DNA from: Octopus vulgaris
Taxonomy: Eukaryota
Length of the DNA stretch: 64,000 bases
Direction: 5' to 3'
Assembly: GCA_951406725.2 (NCBI GenBank)
Contig: OX597815.1
Span: 158,720,001 to 158,784,000, forward strand
The position numbers and the translations under genes are program-made. Shown here one piece after another: positions 53,991-64,000 of the stretch; positions within the stretch are counted from its first letter, which is position 1; the number at the start of each line of letters is the position of its first letter. The notes beneath the pieces are model-generated. The model did no database searches. It was not told the DNA's origin and worked only from the letters and a program-made list of their open reading frames with translations.

Positions 53991-54104
53991 GCACATATAT
54001 ATGCATATTACTTATTTACACACACACACACATATATATATATATTCACACACACACACATATATATTTATATGTGTGTTTACAAATTTACACATAAGCA
54101 TATG

Positions 54105-55094
54105 CAATCTTTCCATCCAGCCCTCCACTTCACTTCCACTATCTCCAACACCTCTGTCTCCTTCCTCGACATTTCGGTTAGCATTCTTCACTCCACTCTT
54201 ACCACCTCCATTCACTACAAACACACAGACTCACACTCATACCTCAACTTCTCTTCCTCCCACCCAGAACACACCAAGCTTTCCATCCCCTATTCCCAAT
54301 TCCTCCGTCTACGTAGGCTCTGTAGTGACGACCATGACTTTGAGACTCAGTCTCAACGTATGGTTCACCACTTCACCCTACGTGGATACCCCCTCACCAC
54401 TATCCACACCGCCCTTGCCAGAGCACGGTCCGTGGACCGTGTATCTGCTCTCTCTCCCCGAACCCGCCCTGTAGTCTCCCGCCTCCCTTTTCCCCTCACT
54501 TACCACCCCACGACCCTACGTCTCCAACGCACCATTCTTCGAGCTTTCCGTCATCTCCAGTCCGACCCGTCCACTTCACACCTCTTCCCTAACCGACCCC
54601 TCCCCTCTTTCAAACGAGCCCACAACCTTCGAGACCTTTTGGTCCATAGCTCCTTCCCTGACCCTACCTCCCAACCCGGCTCGTTCCCCTGCTCTCGCCC
54701 ACGTTGCCGCACTTGCCCTTACCTCTCCAACACCACCCGCCTCACTAGCACCCACCATCGACCCTATCCCATCATCCACTCCTTCACCTGCACCTCCAGC
54801 AATATTATCTATTGCATCTCTTGCTCTCTCTGCAATTCCTTGTACATCGGACAAACGGGACGCCGCTTGGCTGACCGGTTCGCGGAACACCTTCGTGACA
54901 TCCACCTTGCGAACGACACACCGGTCTCACGCCATTTCCGCTCCACCGGTCACTCCTTGCAACACCTATCTGTGTTCGGTTTGTCCTTACACAGAGGCCA
55001 TCCGGATTCCCGTTTGCGCCGTGAACAGGAATTAATCTTCTCTCTTCGCTCTTATACGCCATTTGGTCTCAACTCTCCCCCCCTCCTCATCTAA
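54105..55094 (+). CDS. PLE polyprotein C-terminal part: RT end/thumb, Cys linker, GIY-YIG endonuclease (no true start; the ORF's upstream part is microsatellite)
   Basis: HPALHFT, SFLDI, HYKHTDSHSYLNFSSSHP, IPYSQFLRLRRLCS, CSRPRCRTC, IIYCISCSLCNSLYIGQTGRRLADRFAEH, RREQELI, PFGLN; no internal stops over ~330 codons. Confidence 0.92.
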   Translation, partial: QSFHPALHFTSTISNTSVSFLDISVSILHSTLTTSIHYKHTDSHSYLNFSSSHPEHTKLSIPYSQFLRLRRLCSDDHDFETQSQRMVHHFTLRGYPLTTIHTALARARSVDRVSALSPRTRPVVSRLPFPLTYHPTTLRLQRTILRAFRHLQSDPSTSHLFPNRPLPSFKRAHNLRDLLVHSSFPDPTSQPGSFPCSRPRCRTCPYLSNTTRLTSTHHRPYPIIHSFTCTSSNIIYCISCSLCNSLYIGQTGRRLADRFAEHLRDIHLANDTPVSRHFRSTGHSLQHLSVFGLSLHRGHPDSRLRREQELIFSLRSYTPFGLNSPPLLI

Positions 55095-55932
55095 CCCCCC
55101 TCTCCCCCCTCCTCACCTATCCTTTCTCCCCCCGACCCCTACTTCTTCAGTCCTTCATCCTTTCACCCCTACTCCCCTTCCCTTCTTCCCTCTTTCTCCC
55201 TCCCTCTTCCCCTTCCCTCTGCTCCCTCACTCCCTCTCTCCCCCTCTCCCTCTTTCCTCCTTCATCCCCCTCCTCCCCTTCCTTCTCCCCATCCTCTCCT
55301 CTTCCCCCTTCTCCTCCCCCTCTTCTTCCCCTCGCCTTCTCTCCCCCTCCCCCTCTTCTCCCCCTCCCCCTCTTCTCCTCACTACACCACATGACTTTAC
55401 ACATCACATCACATATGATGTGCCATACTAATACACACACCAACTAATACATACTAATACGTACTAATACATACCAGTACATACTAATACTTACACCAAC
55501 CCTATACATACACACGTCCAGACCCCGCATACGCACTTATACTCTCTCTCACACACACACACACACCTATACATACCAATACGTACTAATACATACTAAT
55601 ACATACTAATACATACACCAACCCCATACATACGCACGTCCAGACCAATCTTACGCACTAATACTCTCTCATACACACACACACACACACACACACCCTT
55701 ATACATACTAATACATACACCAACCCTATACATACACACATCCAGACCCCTCCCACGCACTTTTAGCTGGTCCCTCAACCCTTTTATCAACCCTATTATC
55801 TCCCCTTATTTCGCTCTCGCGTCTCATGTTTGATCTTTGACCTCTGGCCGAAATCAGATCGCCATGTTGATTCGTTAGCTACTGCACGCATTTTTTTCTC
55901 TCCTTCTTTCTGTGTTTTTCTCTCTCTGTGTA

Positions 55933-55970
55933 TCTTTCTGTTGAAGAGCGTAGGCTCGAAACGTTAAAGA
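55933..55970 (+). ncRNA. Minimal hammerhead-like motif in PLE terminal repeat (U3-G8 variant)
   Basis: UCUU UCUG UUGAAGA GCGUAGGCUC GAA ACGU UA^AAGA with palindromic AACGUU stem III. Confidence 0.6.
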
Positions 55971-56104
55971 CTTGTTTTATTTATATTTCCTGAGCGCCAT
56001 ACTAATACAATTGTTCGTTTGTTTTCCACCTGCCTTCGTCTTTTGTTTATTTTCATAAAGCTTCCCGTTATATATATATACATATACATATGTACATACA
56101 CTTC

Positions 56105-56135
<31 letters not shown>

Positions 56136-56697
56136 CCTCTCTCTCTCTCTCTCACGCACACACATCACAAACATAAATACACATTTTGACGTTATTTTTT
56201 TTTAAAGTTGGACAAATATAAGAGATCCCAAATTACCCACTTACACAAGTTGGTGCATTTGTATTCATTAAGAGAAAATCAATTTATCAACTGTTATGGC
56301 ACGCTAAACAGGCAACTTCTGAAAACAAGCGAAAAGGAGGACACGAAATGGCAGATGGGAAACGAATTAAGGGGGCAACTAAGTGAATGAAACAAGGTTA
56401 AATGCTGTAATTCACAGCTCTCTTTAATTTGATTGATATTTATTGATTAAGTATTTTGTCAAAATATTTTCAATATTCCTGCGAAATAACGTTCAATTAA
56501 TTTTAAGCAGCTTCCTGCATTCTTGTTGGCAAATGTTATGTATTTTGACAGAAAAATTGAGCCGAAGGGACATGGTGAATTGGTCCATCTACTATGAATC
56601 TTTTAACTAACTATGCTGCGTTTACAGTTCAGAGAAAGAGGGAGAGAGAGAGGGAAAGAGAGAGATGGGGAGGAAGGAAGGAAAGAAGAGAGAGGGA

Positions 56698-56747
<50 letters not shown>

Positions 56748-57346
56748 GTAATAGTAATAATAATAAGAAGAGGAGGAAGAAGAAGAAGAAAAAGAAGAAG
56801 ATAAGAAAAAGAAGAAGAAGAAAGAAGAAAGAAGAAGAAGAAGAAGAAGAAGAAGAAGAAGAAGAAGAAGAAGAAGAAGAAGAAGGGAAACAGTAGCAAA
56901 GAAATGAAAGGCTGAAGTAAAAAAAATCGACCTTAGTGCCTAGCAGTATATTTATCGACCCAAGAAAGATAAAAGGTAAAGTTGGGCCATTTATAAGTCG
57001 ATGGTAGAGGTAGTGGTGGTGGCGGTGGTGGTGGTGGTGGTGGCGGCGGTGGTGGTGTTGGTGGCGGTGGTGGTGGTGGTGCAGGTGGTGGTGGTATTGC
57101 TAGTGGTGGTGGTGAGAGCCTCAATCCGTAAAGTGCAATTCGTTGTTGTTTAGCCATCCAATTCATCAGCCCTAATCAAGCAATGCCTACGATCAAAAAC
57201 AGCGTTCCAGCCATGATCATCCTGCCCTTTTATATACCAGAGACTATATAATACCTAATGTCCTTCCGCTTTGTTTAAGATGTAGTTTGATCGAGATCTG
57301 TTGGTTGAATGACTATGTTGCTCAGTCCTAACTAATCTCTTATCGG

Positions 57347-57671
57347 GTGAAAGCGCATAGCTTCATGTTTAGAGTGTTGGGTTCATGATCGTAAGGTCGT
57401 GAGTTCGATTCCCGGCCGCGCGTTGTGTCCTTGGACAAGGCACATTATTTCACGTCGCTCCAGTCTACTCAGCTGGCAAAAATGAGTCGTATCTATAATT
57501 CAAAATGCCAACCATGTCACATTGTGTGTCTCGCTGAATCACCGAGAACTACCTTAAGGGTACGCGTCTGTGGAGTGCTCAACCCCTCTTAACCCCTTCA
57601 ACGAGCAGACTGTTATTCCGTTGATTGGATTAACCGGAACCCTCGTGGTCGTAACCGATGAAGTACCAGTT
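57347..57671 (+). mobile_element. tRNA-derived CORE-like SINE family E, full length
   Basis: B box gagttcgattccc, then gttgtgtccttggacaaggcac; 12-bp TSD atctcttatcgg (57335-57346 / 57672-57683). Confidence 0.85.
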
Positions 57672-58658
57672 ATCTCTTATCGGTCAGGCCTGACACCGAA
57701 GGTGTTTCGTGACAAACCTGTGCATTTTTGTATATCCTATACGTCGTATTTCTTCAATTAAGTCGGTAGAGCATAATTTGATAAAGATTTAACAGCTATT
57801 TCTAGCAAGTTTGATGACTATGTAGAGGTACCCTTTAGCTCGAGATTCTGATTAATTGTAGAAGTGACAGAGTTTTGGCTTTAATTGCAAGTTTGGAATT
57901 TATATCGTTTGGTTTCTCTATAATATTTTAGCGTTGTTGTTTAGACCGAAGATAGCGCTGACTGAACAGACCTATGACCAAAAGCATTCCTGCATTGCCA
58001 CCTGGTCTTTTACGCATAGTGCTCCTTGGACCACAATATGCAATATTCGACGTGACATTTGCAAAAGATGTAATAGTTTTCTTGATAAACTTTAGTAATA
58101 CATTAGTATATTACTATAGGAGCAAAATATTAATAAGCCCCTTCAGATTAGTCCTCAAATTAAAGAAACTCAGCAGAAGCTTACTTGTATTAGAAATCTT
58201 GGCCTCATGGGGGGACTCTTGAATGTTGATTTATTTTTTCGCCCATAAAAAGGTTCATATTTGAAAGGCCAGTAACTTGAAAATGAAGAAAGATATAACG
58301 ATTCTGATAGCAGAGTCTGACAGGATGGATTCAGATTACTAGGAGTTGCCAATTTTAGTCAAATAGTATTATTACTTTTAAAGATATTCAGCACCAAAAT
58401 CTGTATAAATTGACATTCGAGTTCCATGAGGGGCTGACTCTTCTCTTCCCTATCAAAAATATTTTTAGCCTCCAACAGCTAGAATTCTGAAGTGAGGATC
58501 ACTGTAGAGCACTGTTTCAACATCTTGAACGGTTCTGTTACTATGTTACTACACATCGTGGCCAGCATTCAGAGAAAGGCAACCTGATTATTTGATGTTC
58601 AGTCATTTACGGACACGCTCTAATCTCTGCTCCAGAAGCGTACTGTCTTCTCTCTCTT

Positions 58659-58727
<69 letters not shown>

Positions 58728-59039
58728 GTCTCTCTCTCCCTGTTGTTCCTGACATATCTGCAATGGCATTTGTTTCTTGGAACTGGCTGAGTATTGTCTC
58801 TCAGATAATCTCACACCACTCGTCTTTCCACCTCTCATCATTCTTGAAGCCTCCTATGCCACTTCGGCCTCGTAGTACCCATTACATATTTGCATCGCCG
58901 AATGCTCTTGAAAAAGTTGTTGACTGTCCCATACGTGAGGGATCGATGTTAGATGTATTGAAACAATTGTGATTAATAATAAATTCTCGTATCGTCCATC
59001 TTCCGTCTTTCATTTGCCATATATATATACATACATACA

Positions 59040-59128
<89 letters not shown>

Positions 59129-59130
<2 letters not shown>

Positions 59131-59485
59131 GGGCAAAACGCCCCCCATCCAATGGACGGTGCTGAGTTGTCAAACATTTAAACCAAATTTTCTCAAAACA
59201 ATTTGTCTGACCGTCCCATTGCTCTCCCCTTTGAGAAACACTGATTTAACTTAAATTTGAGACACCGGGAAAAGACGGATTTCGACTGATGTACTTGCGC
59301 GTACAAATGCACGTTCCCACGGCTTTATCGATTGCATTCTCACCTGGAATCGATCTTTGTAATTTTTTCCTGACTTATACACGCCCTGATACCGTCGGTA
59401 TCTACATATCAAATTTGAGCGCAATGGGATGGAGGATGCTCGAGATTCTTGAAGACACACACACACAACGGATTATATATAATAT
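59129..59485 (-). mobile_element. Helitron-like element, homolog of 27636-28019
   Basis: Reverse complement aligns along the whole length; flanked by (TA)n. Confidence 0.7.
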
Positions 59486-59767
59486 ATATATATATATATC
59501 AACAAAATTTGGTGTCAGTAAAGCAAATGTTTTCATCGTGCAATCGGAACCAGGTCGCAAACACTAGTCACTGCTTTCCCTTAGCTGCTGCATTATTTGA
59601 CGGCGGTCTTCATAATATAATCCGACATTAAACTACTTGTTTTCAATTAATTAGTTAAATGAAAATAGGCTTAATATTAAAGCCTACGCAAGAAATAATA
59701 TAGTTATTAGTGCAGAGATTATGTAACCACATTTGACGATTTCTGTCTCATTTCCATAGAAGGGTAT

Positions 59768-59971
59768 ACTCTCTTTACTCTTTTACTTGTTTCAGTCATT
59801 TGACTGCGGCCATGCTGGAGCACCGCCTTTAATCGAGCAACTCGACCCCGAGACTTATTCTTTGTAAGCACAGTACTCTTTTGCTGAACCGCTAAGTGAT
59901 GGGGACATAAACACACCAGCATCGGTTGTCAAGCAATGCTAGGGGACAAACACAGACACACAAACATACAT

Positions 59972-60044
<73 letters not shown>

Positions 60045-60200
60045 CGACGAGCTTCTTTCAATTTCCGTCTACCAAATCCACTCACAAGGCTTTGGTCGAC
60101 CCGAGGCTATAGTAGAAGACACTTGCCCAAGGTGCCACGTAGTGGGACTGAACCCGGAACCATGTGGTTGGTAAGCAAGCTACTTACCACACAGCCACTT
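59768..60200 (-). mobile_element. SINE family A, full length
   Basis: High similarity to the reverse complement of 52090-52533. Confidence 0.9.
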
Positions 60201-60689
60201 CTGTGCATGAGCAAGAAGAAAACACTTGAACATTAGTTTTAAATACTTTCAGTAGAAATGTTGTCAACAACAACGGCGACAAAAAAAACAACAACAGCAT
60301 CAGTGGGATCAGCAGTAGTAGTAGCAGTAGAAGCAGCGGCAGCGACAACAACAGTATGTGAGTATGTATTGCGTCAAATGTAAATACGAAAAATGAAACG
60401 CTGCCCTTCACAAACGATGCGTCAAAGAAAGCAATTCGCAATATGGAACCTTTTGTTGTAAGTATGAAATCTTGACAACATTTTGTTCGCAAGACAGGCG
60501 CTTGACTACCACAATGCATCAGAGAGGCACGCGAGAGGACGAGGGTAACTAGTTTGAGCTTTTCTAAATCATCGGAGGCTTTCTTTGTTCCATTTAAAAG
60601 AAAACTTAGAATCGGGCCTAATTGTTATTTTCAAGGAAATCTTCATTGAGACAAAGGCGGGCATATAACATTGTATGTGGCATCTTTAC

Positions 60690-60889
60690 AGCAGAGGATG
60701 GAGCGAAGTTTTAGGGTTTTTACAGTTCCAGTGATAGCTCGGATCTGCAGTCTTTAAATCAGCTTTCTCCTTTCTGATTTTGAGAAGCCCAATTTCTCAA
60801 GATTGGTGTGTTACATAACCCAGTGCCCCAATAATTACAGGACACTTGTAATTTGGGCAGAGTAACTGTAGATTTTTCAATAGTTCAGC

Positions 60890-60892
<3 letters not shown>
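60690..60892 (-). mobile_element. RLE-type non-LTR retrotransposon C-terminal fragment
   Basis: Minus strand YAELLKNLQLLCPNYKCPVIIGALGYV; the IIGALG motif also occurs in the 48270-49570 element. Confidence 0.6.
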
Positions 60893-60920
<28 letters not shown>

Positions 60921-60993
60921 TGTATGTATGTATGTATGTATGTATGTATGTATGCATGTGCGCATGCATGTATGCATGTATATACGTAGATAC

Positions 60994-61024
<31 letters not shown>

Positions 61025-61388
61025 TGTATGTATGTATGTACGTACGTACGTACCTATGTATGTATGTATGTACGTATGTACGTACGTATGTATGTATGTA
61101 TGTATGTATGTATGTATGTATATATATATATATGTACGTAAGTCGGTCGATAACAAAGTTACAAGACTTTTTTAGTTAGGAGAGTTCCTGGTGTTTGTTA
61201 ATATATGGTCGAGTTGGTGTGTCGTTTGAACCGTTGATATATACACCAGGTGTGTGCATATGCTACAGCTTGGCTGAAACGAGTAAAAGATAAGAATCTC
61301 TGATAAAGAATTTTTGGAATGTTTTACAAATCTCCGCTGAGCTACAAATAGATTGGATTTGGAGAAACCGAGTCAGTCTCTTTTGCCC

Positions 61389-61421
<33 letters not shown>

Positions 61422-61423
61422 TG

Positions 61424-61455
<32 letters not shown>

Positions 61456-62431
61456 ATACAAAATGGGACAAGAATGCAAAACATCCGGACAACTAGGTGA
61501 TACAAAAAGGGTCAACAAAACATCCAGATAGACGATGCAAAGAAAACAAGTACGGCTCATTCGAAGTTTTCTTTCCTCAGTCAAGCACCAGATTATCCTC
61601 GCAATTTCGGCTGATTATTCTTGTGTGTGTGTATGTATTTATGTATATATGCATGCATATACGTGCATGTGCATTCGAGCATGAATATGTATAAAATGCC
61701 AACAAAAGAAATATTCAAACCTATAAAAATGACATAAACTTAGCTGTTTGGAATCGAACCCAATACTTTTCAAAAACTGTATATAAGCAATTATTCAAAG
61801 TTAGGAAGTGCTGTTCTCTTAGTTGCTATAGTAACAGATTATTCGCCCTATCATGTGTTGATGCCCATTAACTGATTGCTTTACATGTATTTTCCTTCCA
61901 TCTGCATTATTTAGTGTAACACACCTTGAATCTACGCTGAAAAGCCACAGCAGCACTTAGTGGACAACATCGTAGAATCATTAACGAATGTTATTTGAAG
62001 CCTTCCCCTAATCAGCTTCGAAACGATTCATTATAACCAGTTGATTTGGGAAATTATGACTGATTTATCTGATACAAATCGAAAACTGCATGATCAATGT
62101 TTGATTTCAATAGGTTTTCAAAGCCTTGTTAACACGAAGGATAACCTGGAGATCTTGTGTCAGTTTAAAGGTTGCTTTAACGTTTTTCATTGATGGATCT
62201 CATTTTACAAAATGAAATCTGACAGTCATAAAAGTAAAGCTGAGCAAAATTGTGATTTTTGTGATAAAACTCAAGTATCGTCGTGGACTGTAGCCATGCT
62301 TGGACACCGCCTCGGAAGGTTTAATCGAACGTGTTAAGCCTAGTATTTATTTTCTTTTAAAGTGTAGTACTTATTCTACCGTCTTTCTTGTGGACATTAC
62401 ACCTAAATTAGAAACACACAAATATATTTAC

Positions 62432-62500
<69 letters not shown>

Positions 62501-62501
<1 letters not shown>

Positions 62502-62682
62502 GTGACGTATATTTGCCATCTCAATATGGCTACCCCTAAGGGTGGATGCTACTGTAGTTTTTAGCCCCAGGAGGACACACTCCTCCAGCTGGCCATAGAC
62601 ACACTTTCTGTGTCCTGTCAGTATTTGCAAAGGGAAGTCACCCTTAGGGGTAGCCATATTGAGATGGCAAATATACGTCACG
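62501..62682. repeat. 182-bp element with perfect 44-bp inverted repeats
   Basis: cgtgacgtatatttgccatctcaatatggctacccctaagggtg (62501-62544) and its exact reverse complement (62639-62682). Confidence 0.9.
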
Positions 62683-62812
62683 ATGTGTTACCGCTACTGT
62701 ATATAACTCACTTTGATATTTATCATTGTTATATATATATATATATACATATATTTATACATATACATACATATTTATACATATATATATATATATATAT
62801 ACATACATATTT

Positions 62813-62853
<41 letters not shown>

Positions 62854-62887
62854 CATACATATACATATGTACATATACATACGCACT

Positions 62888-62923
<36 letters not shown>

Positions 62924-63361
62924 TATATATTTTTTGCCAACTAAATGTGTCGTTCCTATGGAAGACGGTTTTACTGTTGTTTTAGCCCCAGGAAGACATC
63001 TCCTCCAGCTGGACAACGTCACACAGTCCGCGTTCGATTATTATTCGCGAGGGAGATCATCGCTCCCATCGCAAGTGATACACATAGACTTAGGTTCCTG
63101 AATGGTTACCTGTCTTCTGTGTGTGTTAATCGCAGGCTAGTGGTGAAGAACTCGCAAATTATTATATGCTTTTTCCAGCGACACACCGTCGCTGATCTCG
63201 TAAAGAGAGAGAGATAATTTATACTAAATATCTGAGCGCGAGATAAACAGTAACGGTACGGAATCTTAAAATATATTTGCCAACTAAATGTGGCGGTCCT
63301 ATAGAGGAGAGTATTACTGTTGTCTTTGCTCCAAGAAGACATCTACAGCTGGCCAGCAGAT

Positions 63362-63600
63362 ATATATATATAAACGGCAAAATGTCTGTCTGTTTGTGTG
63401 TGTGTATCCTTTATACAAATCCACAATTTTTCAGTTAGAGAGCTCGCACTTTCTATGGTCATTCAAAACCGTTCAAGATGGTCGTGCACATCTTTACATT
63501 TCCCCATTAAAAATCAATAGAAGTGACTTTTTTGTGAATTTTCTATCCAAAATCCAATCAAAATGTCCGAAACTTGATATGCCAATTGAATGCCAGCTAG
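63362..63600 (+). mobile_element. Possible Helitron-like non-autonomous element
   Basis: tatatataaacggcaaaatgtctgtctgt start and CTAG end, same layout as 27636-28019; no clear 3' hairpin. Confidence 0.4.
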
Positions 63601-63609
63601 CTTATATAT

Positions 63610-63699
<90 letters not shown>

Positions 63700-63760
63700 G
63701 GATGGATGGATGGATGGATGGATGGATGGATGGATGGATGGATGGATGGATGGATGGATG

Positions 63761-63803
<43 letters not shown>

Positions 63804-64000
63804 TTAGAACATCAAAGAACCCATTTCACGCCACAGCTTCACCCAGATTCATAGATCAATCACGTGAAACTGTGGTGGCTCACTCGTGATGCCTAACCGA
63901 ATATCGAACGGTTAGAGTTCGAATCACAACAGGAGGACTTGTAAAACCCATGGACCCGTATCGTTCGTTCAGACTAGGAAAAAAAGGGCAAAAAAAAAGC

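Larger units (their letters stand above)
54105..56068 (+). mobile_element. Penelope-like retroelement (Neptune-type), 5'-truncated, young
   Basis: RT C-terminus plus GIY-YIG ORF, pyrimidine-rich 3' region, terminal repeat with hammerhead-like motif, 3' end fused to (TA)n. Confidence 0.9.

Noticed and set aside
53949-54104. N-terminal part of the 381-aa ORF
   Set aside because: Microsatellite in frame by chance; PLE homology starts at ~54105.
60250-60365. Possible N/S-rich exon between ttcAG and GTGAGT
   Set aside because: Low-complexity (CAA/CAG/TAG) sequence; no partner exons or recognisable domain.

Overview
AT-rich eukaryotic, gene-poor window (intergenic or inside a large intron). The dense (TA)n/(TACA)n/(AGAT)n microsatellites and several tRNA-derived SINE families suggest an octopus/cephalopod genome, but that is inference. 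I find no host protein-coding gene, and almost all listed ORFs are microsatellite artefacts. Real coding remnants all belong to transposons: one young 5'-truncated Penelope-like element (PLE) with an uninterrupted RT-thumb/GIY-YIG frame (54105-56068), a decayed Naiad-type PLE, RTE and R4/Dong-type LINE fragments, and three mariner derivatives. There are also hAT/MULE/Tc1/Helitron-like MITEs and a truncated U2 snRNA copy. The main unannotated signal is roughly a dozen type I hammerhead ribozyme (HHR) motifs in otherwise unrelated repeats. The best case is an apparently perfect 424-bp direct duplication (8986-9890) placing two identical HHRs 481 nt apart, a retrozyme/circRNA-like layout. Others are a canonical HHR with an extended stem II (31624-31704), a back-to-back inverted HHR pair (30698-30852) and several U3-A8 / U3-G8 core variants. 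All alignments and folds were done by eye; coordinates of decayed repeats are approximate.
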